Position numbers and translations under genes: made by a program | From: an uncultured Candidatus Binatia bacterium | GTDB taxonomy: Bacteria; Desulfobacterota; Binatia; Bin18 | NCBI GenBank assembly: GCA_965204455.1 | Contig: CBDBEO010000001.1 | Coordinates: forward strand, 652,552 to 716,551 | Reading direction: 5' to 3' | DNA length: 64,000 bases | Notes under the pieces: model-generated | The model's database searches: none | What the model saw: the letters and a program-made list of their open reading frames with translations, nothing else | What the model was told of the DNA's origin: nothing | Shown here: one piece after another, positions 8,186 through 17,252 of the stretch | Numbering within the stretch: the stretch's first letter is position 1 | How the letters are laid out: every line of letters begins with the position of its first letter

Positions 8186-9502
8186 ATGGAACCCTGGCAA
8201 CACACCTATAAGGACAAACTCATTTCTGCCGAAGCTGCGGCCCAGCTGACCACATCCGGCCAGCTCGTCCGTCTCCACATCGGCAAACCGCCCATCCCCA
8301 TTCTGGACGCCCTGGCCAAGCGCAACGGCCAGCTCGAGAATGTGACGCTGATCCAGTGCTATCCGCTGTATAACCACCCGATCTGGAACGAGCCGGGCTA
8401 CGAGCAGTCCTTTCACCTGATCGTCGATTATGTGGGCGCGGGCTGCCGCCAGGGCATGCAGCAACACTCTGTTGACTTTCTGCCCCTGGACTATCCGCAG
8501 TACGCCAAGCAGGTCGAGGACGGACGCACCAACACCTGGCAGGCCGATATCTTCTACGGCGTGGTTTCGCCGCCCGATGAGCGGGGCTATTGCAGCTTTG
8601 GCAACGCCCTGTGGTACAACAAAGACGCGGCCAGGGCGGCCAAATGCTTTGTCGCCGAGGTCGATCCGACCTTTATCCGGACCCACGGCGACAACTGGAT
8701 TCACGTCTCGGAGATCGACTATCTGGTCGAGGAAACGGCGCCCTTTCCGGTCGGTACGGCTCCGCCGCCGGCCGAAGAGCGGGGCACGCTCGAAGTGATC
8801 GGTGAGTTTGCCGCCGGTCTGATCCGTGACGGCGATACGGTCCAGATGGGCATCGGGGCGATTTCCGAGGCGACCGGCCTGTTTCTGATGGACCGCAACG
8901 ATCTCGGCATCCATAGCGAGCTCATGACCGCCAGTCACGTTGAGCTGGTAAAACGCGGCGTAGCCACCGGCAAGTACAAAACCAGCCATAAGGGCAAGGC
9001 TGTCGCCGCCATGGTCGTGGGCGGGGCCGACCTGGAGTTCGTGGACAACAACCCGGCCTTTGAGCTGTACAGCGTGCTGTACACCAACTCGCTGCTGAAT
9101 ATCGCCGCCCAGAACCACCAGGTGGCGGTCAACAGCACCCTGGCCATTGACCTGACGGGCCAGGCGGCGGCCGAGTCGCTCGGCCCCCAGATGTACTCGG
9201 GCATTGGCGGGCAGATGACGTTCATGATGGGCGCGATGTACTCGCACGGCGGGCGCTCCATCATGGTCCTGCCCTCCACGGCCAAAAGGGGCCAGCTGTC
9301 CCGGATTGTGCCCATGCTTGAGCCGGGTAGCACGCTGACCACCCCGCGCCAGTACGCCGACTATGTGGTGACCGAGTTCGGCATTGTGAATCTCCAGGGC
9401 AAGACCCAGCGTCAGCGGGCCGAGGCGCTGATTGAGATTGCCCACCCGGACTTTCAGCCCGAACTCAAGGCCCAGGCCAAGAGGATGTTCTGGCCGGTCT
9501 GA
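8186..9502 (+). CDS. Acetyl-CoA hydrolase/transferase family protein (4-hydroxybutyrate CoA-transferase-like)
   Basis: 438-aa ORF. Family-like stretches include GIGAISEA, HSELMT, YSGIGGQMTFMMGA and ADYVVTEFGIVNLQGKT. Confidence 0.8.
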   Translation: MEPWQHTYKDKLISAEAAAQLTTSGQLVRLHIGKPPIPILDALAKRNGQLENVTLIQCYPLYNHPIWNEPGYEQSFHLIVDYVGAGCRQGMQQHSVDFLPLDYPQYAKQVEDGRTNTWQADIFYGVVSPPDERGYCSFGNALWYNKDAARAAKCFVAEVDPTFIRTHGDNWIHVSEIDYLVEETAPFPVGTAPPPAEERGTLEVIGEFAAGLIRDGDTVQMGIGAISEATGLFLMDRNDLGIHSELMTASHVELVKRGVATGKYKTSHKGKAVAAMVVGGADLEFVDNNPAFELYSVLYTNSLLNIAAQNHQVAVNSTLAIDLTGQAAAESLGPQMYSGIGGQMTFMMGAMYSHGGRSIMVLPSTAKRGQLSRIVPMLEPGSTLTTPRQYADYVVTEFGIVNLQGKTQRQRAEALIEIAHPDFQPELKAQAKRMFWPV

Positions 9503-9531
9503 ATAAAAAAGGGCACGGTCTCCCGTGCCCC
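9503..9531 (-). terminator. Rho-independent terminator for the SnoaL-like gene
   Basis: The minus strand reads GGGCACGG-GAGA-CCGTGCCC followed by TTTTTTAT, 43 nt downstream of the stop at 9574. It lies between convergent genes. Confidence 0.55.
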
Positions 9532-9573
9532 CACTGTGCAGCCCCAGGTCCGGGGCCAAGCTGATTCAGTCTC

Positions 9574-9975
9574 TTAGCCGGCCAGCACGTCGTTGGCGTG
9601 CATGGTGTCGAGGTACTCGCGGACGGCGCTGATCTTGCCGTTCTCGCACTCGATCAGGAAGTGGTAGAAGTTGTTGTAGATCTTGCCGTTGGCGTGTTCG
9701 CCGTAGGACTCGGCTTCGACCGCGACCCGGTTGCCCTCGGCGGTCACGCCCTTGGCCGTGATCTTCAGGCCGTTGGGCATGGCGTCGCCCATGCCCTGGA
9801 GCAGCTGGGTGAACTCGGCCTTTGTCTTTGTGCCGGCCAGCGGAAAGTTCTTGGGCTCACCGGCGACCCACCAGGTCGCATTATCGGCCATGGCGCCCAG
9901 AAACGCTTCGGCGTTGCCGGCCGACATGTCTTCAAAAAAACCCAGCACCAGTTTTTTGTTCTCTTCTGCACTCAT
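9574..9975 (-). CDS. SnoaL-like / NTF2-fold protein
   Basis: 133 aa: NKKLVLGFFEDMSAGNAEAFLGAMADNATWWVAG ... YHFLIECENGKISAVREYLD, a typical ketosteroid-isomerase/SnoaL-like pattern. AGGAGG RBS. Confidence 0.7.
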   Translation of the reverse strand: MSAEENKKLVLGFFEDMSAGNAEAFLGAMADNATWWVAGEPKNFPLAGTKTKAEFTQLLQGMGDAMPNGLKITAKGVTAEGNRVAVEAESYGEHANGKIYNNFYHFLIECENGKISAVREYLDTMHANDVLAG

Positions 9976-10151
9976 CAGCGCTACCTCCTTTGCACGCGAC
10001 AGCGTACGGTTCGGGTTGATATCCCTGCCTTATAGTCCACTCGGTCGGGGTTTGGCAACCGGAATGTTGCAGGCTATAAGCTGGGCAGGGCAGGGCGCAG
10101 CCGCCCTGTTCCAGGCCGACCAACTTCAGGCTGACCAAAAGGGAGGAACCC

Positions 10152-10976
10152 ATGCTGGAAACAATTGCCTCGGGCTATGGCCTGATCGAAGGACCCCGGG
10201 TGGACGCGGACGGAAACCTGTTTTTTAGCGATGTCACAAACGGTGGGGTGTACCGCCGCTCGTCGGGTGGAGAGATCGGCACGGTCGTGCCGAAACGGCG
10301 GGGCGTGGGGGGGATTGCGCTGCACGCCGACGGCGGGCTGGTCGTCTCCGGCAAGAACATCTGCCACGTCAAGGACGGCACCAGCCGCATCCTGTTCCAG
10401 CGCGACGATATTCCCGGCTTCAACGATATCTTCACTGACAGTGAGGGCCGGGTCTACGCCGGGGCCTTGCGGTCCGACCCGTTCAAGCTGACCAGCCAGG
10501 TGCCGGGCGAGCTGTGGCGGATTGAAGCCGAGGGGCAGGCGACCGAGGTGTACGGGAACATCGGCATTACGAACGGCATTGGCGCGTCGCCGGACGGCAG
10601 GCTACTCTACCACGCCGACAGCGCGGTCAAACAGGTCGTCGTGCATGACATCAGCCCGGACGGAACGGCGACCAATCGGCGCGTGTTTGCCACCCTCGAC
10701 GAGGTGCCCGACGGTCTGGCGGTTGACGAGTCCGGCCGGGTGTGGGTGGCGGTGTACGGCGGGGGCTGCGCGGCCTGTTTTGCGCCCGACGGAACGCTCG
10801 ATCATGCTGTCGAGGTGCCGGCCAAGGCGGTCACCAGCCTGTGTTTCGGTGGCCAGGACCGGCGCGACCTGTACATCGTGACCGCCGACAATACCGAAGA
10901 CCCGGACCGCAAGGGCACGATTTTCCACACCCGGGTAGACGTGCCCGGCGTGGCGGTGCCCCTGGCGACAGTGTGA
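10152..10976 (+). CDS. SMP-30/gluconolactonase/LRE-family protein
   Basis: 274 aa with EGP..D..G.L.FSD, NGI..SPDG..LY.AD and PDG...D..G..W.A blocks. Confidence 0.85.
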   Translation: MLETIASGYGLIEGPRVDADGNLFFSDVTNGGVYRRSSGGEIGTVVPKRRGVGGIALHADGGLVVSGKNICHVKDGTSRILFQRDDIPGFNDIFTDSEGRVYAGALRSDPFKLTSQVPGELWRIEAEGQATEVYGNIGITNGIGASPDGRLLYHADSAVKQVVVHDISPDGTATNRRVFATLDEVPDGLAVDESGRVWVAVYGGGCAACFAPDGTLDHAVEVPAKAVTSLCFGGQDRRDLYIVTADNTEDPDRKGTIFHTRVDVPGVAVPLATV

Positions 10977-11247
10977 GTGAGCCCAGAGTTATATTGAAAC
11001 GCGGCAGCAAAAGCATGTATATTCCAGTCAGTCAGTTGGAGACAGGGGAGCAGGAGAGAGGGTGTCTACATCACTCCCGTTCCCTAGCCTTCGTGGTACG
11101 AAGCAACGCCTTGTGTAGCGTAGGAGTAAGTTGACTGTGGGCGTTAGTGGCATGATGAGCAGTATCCCGCCCCGGCGAACCGCGCGGGCAACACCTGGCA
11201 GCGAGACCGTTGCGGTTCATCGGTAGTCCGTCTGAAAAGAAAGATTC

Positions 11248-12027
11248 ATGACATACGACGACCAAGACTTTAAAGTTCCTGTCCAGTCGGACGACTACGC
11301 TGAATGCTCCTTATTCGTGACCACAGCTATTGAGGCGATGATCAAGGAGGCGATTGATGGAGGAGATAACAAAATTTTTATAAACACGAATCTGAAGTTT
11401 GGACTTCCGATGGAAAACATCAATAAGATTGCTGGTCCGTTCGTCGAGGCGTGGGCCGCTCAAACCTTTCACGCTGTTCTTGAAGATACAGCCAATCAAT
11501 ACTTGCTGATAAATGTTGAGGCTGTGGAGCGGCTTCATATGGCTGATGTTATTCTTCAATTCAAAAAAGAACGAAAGATCGAGAGCGGAGTGACTGCCGA
11601 GGTGGATGTAAAAGCAACAGCAGAAGATATCGAATCGAGCGGAAAATCTCCGAATATCACTTCTTATGCTCGGATCCGCACGGCCTACGTTGAGGACCCT
11701 GATTACATTTTTATTGTTCTGTCTCTCAAACATCGTGTATATTCATCGCGCAACGAAGATACTGGTCTCATGGACGGAATCATGGAAGTCGTTGCGTACA
11801 ATGCATACGATCTCAAGTATCTCTCGTCGAAAGACATCAGCTACAACCCCGCACTAGGGACTGGCCAGATTCAGATCCGCGATATCCACTACGTTGATCT
11901 TGTGGAGCGAACGACATGGGAATTCTGTCAGTTGCTTGACCGCAAGTATTTGCAATCTGCCCGCAGGTCGTTCGAGCAATGGATCGAACTTGCAAGCAAA
12001 AACGGATGGATTAAGACAGATGACTGA
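11248..12027 (+). CDS. Putative type II restriction endonuclease (PD-(D/E)XK-like)
   Basis: 259-aa ORF in a visibly AT-richer block, overlapping the adjacent methyltransferase gene by 8 nt. Candidate catalytic pattern is D (MADVIL) ... E-V-D-V-K. I do not recognise a named enzyme. Confidence 0.5.
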   Translation: MTYDDQDFKVPVQSDDYAECSLFVTTAIEAMIKEAIDGGDNKIFINTNLKFGLPMENINKIAGPFVEAWAAQTFHAVLEDTANQYLLINVEAVERLHMADVILQFKKERKIESGVTAEVDVKATAEDIESSGKSPNITSYARIRTAYVEDPDYIFIVLSLKHRVYSSRNEDTGLMDGIMEVVAYNAYDLKYLSSKDISYNPALGTGQIQIRDIHYVDLVERTTWEFCQLLDRKYLQSARRSFEQWIELASKNGWIKTDD

Positions 12028-12997
12028 GCAAAGAATAATATTGGGCGATGCACTTTCTGAACTGCCCAAACTGGAATCGGAAACATTCGACCTGATTATC
12101 GCCGATCCTCCTTATAATCTCGGAAAGAATTACGGAAACAATCATGACGCCAAAGGGTTTGACGGCTATCTAGAATTCTCTCAAAGCTGGCTCAAAGAGG
12201 CGCATCGACTGCTGAAGCCCCAGGGTACAATCTATGTGTTTATGGGATTCAGGTTTATTTCCTATCTTTACAATATTCTGGAGCGCGAACTGCGAATGTT
12301 TTTCAACAGTTGGATTGTATGGCACTATACACAAGGAACGGGTAAGGTCAAAGGTTTCTCGCCTAGGCATGACGATATTTTGATGTTCACCAAATCCAAG
12401 AATTTTGTCTTTAATCTCGACGCAGTCCGGGTGCCTCAGAAGTATTATCGAGAGCGGAACAACATGAGGGGAGCCAATCCTGGAGACGTTTGGGAATTTT
12501 CTCATATCCACTATTGCAATGAAAATCGACAAAATCATCCTACCCAGAAGCCGGAAGGGTTGATCGAGCGAATGCTCTTAGCTTCAAGTAACGAGGGCGC
12601 GCTCGTTCTTGATCCGTTTTCTGGCAGCGGAACTACCCTTCAGGTGTGCCAGCAGCTTAATAGATTCGGGATCGGCATCGAAGTGAATCCCGGTTATGTG
12701 AAAATGTCGCAGGAACGTTTGCAGAACGAATTCTCTGGATTTGATAGTGTTGATCCGAGGATGAAGCGGGTTCCGTTTGATTTGCGCAAAAAATCGGTCA
12801 GGCAAGAATACCTAGAGAATCATAAGCGTTGGTTCTTGAGCAACCACGAGAATGCGCTCAGAGATTTTGAAAAGTCTGTTAAAACTCTCTATCCGGAACG
12901 GTCTCACGAGCTCGAACAGATGAAGCTGCTTGAATCGAACGCAAAGTACAAAGCCCGACGGGATGCTTCAGCACGTTCCGCCGCTCGGCGCGGCTGA
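12020..12997 (+). CDS. Beta-class DNA amino-methyltransferase (N6-adenine or N4-cytosine)
   Basis: Within ORF 11894..12997, with the likely start at the ATG at 12020 (MTEQRIILGDAL). DPPY (motif IV) lies near the N-terminus, HPTQKP follows, and LDPFSGSGTT (motif I) lies towards the C-terminus. This is the N6_N4_Mtase architecture. Confidence 0.85.
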   Translation: MTEQRIILGDALSELPKLESETFDLIIADPPYNLGKNYGNNHDAKGFDGYLEFSQSWLKEAHRLLKPQGTIYVFMGFRFISYLYNILERELRMFFNSWIVWHYTQGTGKVKGFSPRHDDILMFTKSKNFVFNLDAVRVPQKYYRERNNMRGANPGDVWEFSHIHYCNENRQNHPTQKPEGLIERMLLASSNEGALVLDPFSGSGTTLQVCQQLNRFGIGIEVNPGYVKMSQERLQNEFSGFDSVDPRMKRVPFDLRKKSVRQEYLENHKRWFLSNHENALRDFEKSVKTLYPERSHELEQMKLLESNAKYKARRDASARSAARRG

Positions 12998-13060
12998 GTT
13001 TTAGCACTGGGTCTCGTAGCAGGAATAAGCGGGTACGTGGGAAAAGGCTCTTAGTGGTGA

Positions 13061-13351
13061 GTGATAAAAACGGATCGGTTCATCATGAACGAAAGTGATC
13101 GAGAAGGACGGACGACCATCTCTCAGGCCAGTACTCTGGAAGAGATTGGAGCGTTTTGGGATTCTCACAGCCTCGTCGACTATGCCGAAGAGACGCCTGA
13201 GGTCTCCTTTGAACTCCGTGCCCAGCGTCGGCGTCGGATCACTCTCGATCCTGAGCTGTATGTCCGACTTGAAGCCGAAGCCCGCACACGCGGAATTTCT
13301 CCCGAGGCCCTTGTCAATCGTTGGGTCACCGAGAAATTGCAAACGACTTAA
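13061..13351 (+). CDS. Small ribbon-helix-helix/CopG-like antitoxin-type protein
   Basis: 96 aa (possibly starting at MNESD, 13085). The pattern ...EIGAFWDSHSLVDYAEE...ITLDPELYVRLEAEARTRGISPEALVNRWV resembles orphan CopG/BrnA-like antitoxins. Confidence 0.4.
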   Translation: MIKTDRFIMNESDREGRTTISQASTLEEIGAFWDSHSLVDYAEETPEVSFELRAQRRRRITLDPELYVRLEAEARTRGISPEALVNRWVTEKLQTT

Positions 13352-13430
13352 AGACCTGCCGGGTTGACGCCGTAGTGAACGAACGGGCAGGTGTCTCCGC
13401 AGCGGCCTGAGACTGAGCCAAAGCACCTCC

Positions 13431-14450
13431 TCAGCGCCGGTACTCATCCCCGCAGTCTCCAATCAACTGGAACAGATCGCGTGACTTTGTAAGTACGGCT
13501 TCGATCTGGTCGATATCGTTCGCATCTAGACCGAAATCGAACACCCGGGCGTTGTCCTGGCGATGGTCCGAGACCCCCAGCCGCACGCCCAGGATGACGC
13601 CGGCAACGGCCGGCCGGTCGAGAATATAGCGGGTGGCGACATTGGCAATGCTCACCGCGTGTTTCTCGGCGCTGGCTTTGAGCGCGGCGAGCAGTTCCTG
13701 AAACAGGTCCCAGCCGCCCCAGGCGTCAATCATGTTCTTGTATTTCTGCAAGCTGGCCGTGTTGAGGCTCCTGCGGTTTGGCTCGGGGTGGTTGAGGTAT
13801 TTCTCGGACAGCAGGCCGCCGCACACCGTGCCATAGGTCAGCAGGCTGATGTTGTGTTCCCGGCAGAAGGGGATCATCTCGACTTCCGGGCGCCGGTCGA
13901 TCAGTGAGAACTGGACCTGGTTGGAGACCACCCGGATACCGGCCTCGGTAATCGTTTTGAGATGCGCCGTATCAAAATTGGTCAGTGCCAGATGACGAAT
14001 TTTTCCCTCGTCGCGCAGGGCGGCCAGATGTGTGAGCGCGTCCAGATAGCGCGCATCGAAATACTCCCACCAGTGAAACTGGAGCAGATCCAGGCTGGCG
14101 ACATCCATGCGGCGGAGCGAACGGGCGATATTGGTCTCGACAATCTGGCGTGTCATGCGGCCGGGCCGCGGCACCCATTTGGTACAGGCTTGGACGCCCG
14201 ACCATGCAGCCTGGCCCTGGTCGGCGATGAGCTGACGCCGAAACTCGCCGATGAAATCCTCGGCCGGACCGTAATGGTCGGCCAGATCCCAGGTGCGAAA
14301 GCCGGCCGCATGGTAGTCGAACATGTTTGCGATGGCGGCCTTGGGGTCGATGCTGCCGTGCGCCCCGGAGACCTGCCACATCCCGTTGAGGAGGCGACAT
14401 ATGGACATATCGGGGGCGAGGGGGAAGCTGCTGCTGGCGGGCAGGGACAT
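13431..14450 (-). CDS. Aldo/keto reductase
   Basis: ORF 13431..14516. The internal ATG at 14450 (MSLPASS) is preceded by AAGGAG. AKR-like stretches include DLADHYGPAE, LDLLQFHW and IRHLALTNF. Confidence 0.8.
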   Translation of the reverse strand: MSLPASSSFPLAPDMSICRLLNGMWQVSGAHGSIDPKAAIANMFDYHAAGFRTWDLADHYGPAEDFIGEFRRQLIADQGQAAWSGVQACTKWVPRPGRMTRQIVETNIARSLRRMDVASLDLLQFHWWEYFDARYLDALTHLAALRDEGKIRHLALTNFDTAHLKTITEAGIRVVSNQVQFSLIDRRPEVEMIPFCREHNISLLTYGTVCGGLLSEKYLNHPEPNRRSLNTASLQKYKNMIDAWGGWDLFQELLAALKASAEKHAVSIANVATRYILDRPAVAGVILGVRLGVSDHRQDNARVFDFGLDANDIDQIEAVLTKSRDLFQLIGDCGDEYRR

Positions 14451-14602
14451 GGCAACTCCTTTGCGTGTCGAGCTGTCTGGGTCAGCGCTGGCGCGAACAT
14501 GGCAGCCGCTCGGCACCGTGTCAAGCGAGCGAGCCTGGACAAGGCCGACTTGGCCGCATACTTTGCCGCATACGCTGCGGAGGCGTGAGAAAGGAGGACC
14601 CC

Positions 14603-15478
14603 ATGCGCTACGGTGTACATGTCAACAGCGGCTCATCGGTGACCGACCCGGCAGTCTTGCGGGATATGGCCCAGCTGGCCGAAGACCTGGGCTTTTCGAC
14701 CATCCTGATCGGCGACCATGTTGTTCCGGCGCGTCAGATTCAGACCCCTTTTCCCCTCAAGATCGACGATCCGCCCTGGGCCGTGTACCAGGAGCACGAC
14801 TGGCCCGACTGCTTTGTGACCCTGGCCTACCTGGCTGCGGCGACCCAAAGGCTGCGCCTGGGCACAAGCGTCATTCTGCTGCCCTACCGCCATCCAGCGG
14901 TCACGGCCAAGATGTTTGCCACCATAGACCGGTTGTCGGGCGGACGCCTGATCTGCGGCGTGGGCATCGGCTGGATGCAGGATGAGTTTGGCTTTCTGGG
15001 CCTGCCGTTTGCCGAACGGGCGGCGATGAGCGATGAGTATGCCCGCGTCATCAAAGCCTTGTGGACGGATGAACATCCGCGCATCAGCGGCAGGTATGTG
15101 ACGCTGGACCGGGATGTGAACTTCGGGCCGTATCCCGTCCAGCAGCCCCATCCCCCGCTCTGGGTGGGCGGCAATTCGCTGCCGGCCCTGCGTCGGGTGG
15201 TCAGCTGGGGTGACGGCTGGCAGCCGGTCGCCCTGTCCCTGGCCGAGCTGGAACAAAAAATACACAAGCTGCGGGGCATGATGGAAGCGGCCGGGCGGGA
15301 CTTCGATCAGCTGGAGATCACCACCCTGAGCATGCCGGACGTGTCAGTGGCGGCTGCCCGGGCGTATGCCGCCCTCGGTCTGCACGAACTGTCCATGCTG
15401 ACCACCACCGACCAGGCTTCCCAGCTGTTCGCCGAGATGCGCCGCTTTGCCGACACCTTGCGCGAAGCGACGGGCTGA
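14603..15478 (+). CDS. LLM-class F420-dependent oxidoreductase
   Basis: ORF 14465..15478. ATG at 14603 (MRYGVHV) follows AAGGAGG. Shows STILIGDH, RLICGVGIGW and PPLWVGGNS. Confidence 0.85.
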   Translation: MRYGVHVNSGSSVTDPAVLRDMAQLAEDLGFSTILIGDHVVPARQIQTPFPLKIDDPPWAVYQEHDWPDCFVTLAYLAAATQRLRLGTSVILLPYRHPAVTAKMFATIDRLSGGRLICGVGIGWMQDEFGFLGLPFAERAAMSDEYARVIKALWTDEHPRISGRYVTLDRDVNFGPYPVQQPHPPLWVGGNSLPALRRVVSWGDGWQPVALSLAELEQKIHKLRGMMEAAGRDFDQLEITTLSMPDVSVAAARAYAALGLHELSMLTTTDQASQLFAEMRRFADTLREATG

Positions 15479-15642
15479 GTGATGCGCCTGCCCCCGGGCT
15501 TGGGCCTGCCTCTGGCCATTGTCTGCAAAGCTCGGTATTGTGGAGGGGTTGGCGGACAGCCGGAGGAGGGGGGATGCTGAGGATGAGCGACAGACGTGCA
15601 CACAGTCGTCCGTTACACCAATCACCACACCATCATACTCCG

Positions 15643-16272
15643 ATGAGAACCTGTGCTGGTTCCCTTTTTTCAGCCTGGCGCAGAGCGTTCTTTGTCCTCG
15701 CTCTTGTTCTTGGGCTAGGAGCGCTTGGCGGACACGGACTGGCCGAGCCCCTGCCGGAACATTCGGACCAGGACATGGCCGAGCTGGACGGCCTGGCCGA
15801 ACCGCCACGAGCGCGTTCGAGTCAGACCGGGTCCTGGGGGGCCGAGCTGGACGGCCTGGCCGAACTCCCGGCTGAGCCTTTGGACCAGGCCGAGATTGGC
15901 GTCGTCGAGCCCGGTGAGTTCAGCGCCTCCGGCGAGACGCCGGACACACCCTTCAGGAACGATTTGCAGGAGTGGTCCGGGCCCATTATGCAACTCGGCT
16001 TCAGCTTTGTGGCCGGCTTCAGCCTCGGCTACGCCCTGGCCTTCTTTCTGAAGCTCACCCTGGTGATTGTCGGCGGCCTGCTGCTGGCGCTGTTCGGTTT
16101 GCAGTACGTCAGCCTTGTCGAGGTGAACTGGCCCGGCATACAGACGTATTACGAGGCGTTTGTGGCCTGGATGCAGCCGCGTGCCGGCGGTTTTCGGGAG
16201 TTCGTCATCAGCAATATTCCGGCCGCCGGCATGGCCGGTCTGGGTCTGCTGCTCGGACTGAGGAAGAAATAA
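15643..16272 (+). CDS. Membrane protein, FUN14-like C-terminal region; N-terminal signal peptide and short repeat
   Basis: ORF 15538..16272. The ATG at 15643 gives the signal-like MRTCAGSLFSAWRRAFFVLALVLGLGALG. The C-terminal half has three or four hydrophobic helices (GFSFVAGFSLGYALAFFLK..., IVGGLLLALFGL...). Start and family are uncertain. Confidence 0.45.
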   Translation: MRTCAGSLFSAWRRAFFVLALVLGLGALGGHGLAEPLPEHSDQDMAELDGLAEPPRARSSQTGSWGAELDGLAELPAEPLDQAEIGVVEPGEFSASGETPDTPFRNDLQEWSGPIMQLGFSFVAGFSLGYALAFFLKLTLVIVGGLLLALFGLQYVSLVEVNWPGIQTYYEAFVAWMQPRAGGFREFVISNIPAAGMAGLGLLLGLRKK

Positions 16273-16274
16273 GG

Positions 16275-16985
16275 GTGGCCAATTTTCGGACGCATGTGAC
16301 GGTGGCGGCGGTGGGCAGCGGGCTGTTGTCCACGGTGTGTCTGGGGGCTGGAGTGGCGAGTCCGGGCGAGATCATGACCCTGTCGGTCGTCGGAACCCTG
16401 GGCGGGATTCTGCCCGATATTGACTCGGACCACTCTACCCCGATCCGGATTCTGTTCACCGGCCTGGGTTTTGTGACCGCCTTTCTGGTGGTCTTCGCCC
16501 ACGTCGATCAGTATTCCACGCTGGAACTGTGGCTGCTGTGGCTGCTGGTCTACGCCTTTATCCGCTATCCGGCCTGGTTCGTCTTTACCCGCTTCACCGT
16601 CCATCGGGGGGTCTTTCATTCGCTGGCAGCCGGGCTGTTTTTTGGTCTGCTGATGACCAACCTGAGCTATGTGGTCTTTGCCTGTCGTCCGCTTCTGGCC
16701 TGGATCATCGGCAGCTTTGTGTGCCTCGGCTATATCCTCCACCTGCTCCTCGACGAACTCTTCAGCGTTGATTTCATGAGCACGCGGATCAAGCGCTCGT
16801 TCGGCACGGCATTCAAAGTGATCGATTACGGCAACCTGGGGACCTCGGCCGCCATGGTCGGGTCGGTGTGTGTGCTGTACCTCATCGCCCCGGAGGCCGA
16901 CTCCTTTGCCGCTATCTTCTTGAATGAAGAGACCTACCGGGCCATGTCTGCCCGGTTTTGGCCCAGCGCCGGCCTGTTCCGCTAG
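16275..16985 (+). CDS. Membrane-bound metal-dependent hydrolase, YdjM/DUF457-like
   Basis: In-frame GTG at 16275, directly after the upstream stop. VANFRTHVTVAAVGSG..., the GGILPDIDSDHSTP motif and multiple TM helices are present. The longer track ORF (15972..) overlaps the previous gene. Confidence 0.6.
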   Translation: MANFRTHVTVAAVGSGLLSTVCLGAGVASPGEIMTLSVVGTLGGILPDIDSDHSTPIRILFTGLGFVTAFLVVFAHVDQYSTLELWLLWLLVYAFIRYPAWFVFTRFTVHRGVFHSLAAGLFFGLLMTNLSYVVFACRPLLAWIIGSFVCLGYILHLLLDELFSVDFMSTRIKRSFGTAFKVIDYGNLGTSAAMVGSVCVLYLIAPEADSFAAIFLNEETYRAMSARFWPSAGLFR

Positions 16986-17116
16986 AGCATTCTGTGAATA
17001 GATTGAGTCGGCGACGATCTTCACGCCGGCGGATAGGTGTGTCACGGTTGGGGCCTGAGGAATGGGCCCATTACTTCACCCGTGCCGGCTATGCATCAAC
17101 CTAAAAGCAGAAGGCT

Positions 17117-17244
17117 CTAGTGCGCTTCACGAGAGGGTGTAGTAGGTCGGATTAGCGGAGCGTAATCCGACACGGACGGGATGTCAGGTTACGCCTCCGG
17201 CTAACCTGACCTACACGGCCACACATGATGGTGAACCGCGCTAG
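17117..17244. repeat. 128-bp intergenic element: CTAGTGCGCTTCAC ... GTGAACCGCGCTAG inverted termini enclosing a REPIN-like GTAG/CTAC hairpin doublet (17142..17214)
   Basis: Read directly. The two termini agree at 12 of 14 positions as inverted repeats. The core is GTAG-gtcggatta(N8)taatccgac ... gtcaggtta(N10)taacctgac-CTAC. It lies between convergent genes, 8 nt past the stop of the M20 gene. Confidence 0.6.
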
Positions 17245-17252
17245 GCTGATCC

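Noticed and set aside
11176-11200. A sigma-54-like motif, TGGCAG-N8-TTGC, upstream of the restriction gene.
   Set aside because: The GG-to-GC spacing is 3 nt too long for the -24/-12 consensus, and no enhancer-binding protein lies nearby.
10977-11247. A possible tRNA or att-site remnant at the left border of the R-M island (stem gaaccgc...gcggttc).
   Set aside because: There is no cloverleaf, no T-loop (GTTCGAATC-like) sequence, and no matching direct repeat at the right border (13352..13430).
11894-12019. An N-terminal extension of the methyltransferase ORF.
   Set aside because: It overlaps the 3' end of the putative endonuclease gene. The methyltransferase fold begins at MTEQRIILGD (12020).
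15972-16274. The upstream 101 codons of track ORF 15972..16985.
   Set aside because: They fully overlap the 3' half of the preceding membrane-protein gene in another frame. The YdjM-like sequence starts at the GTG at 16275, right after that gene's stop.
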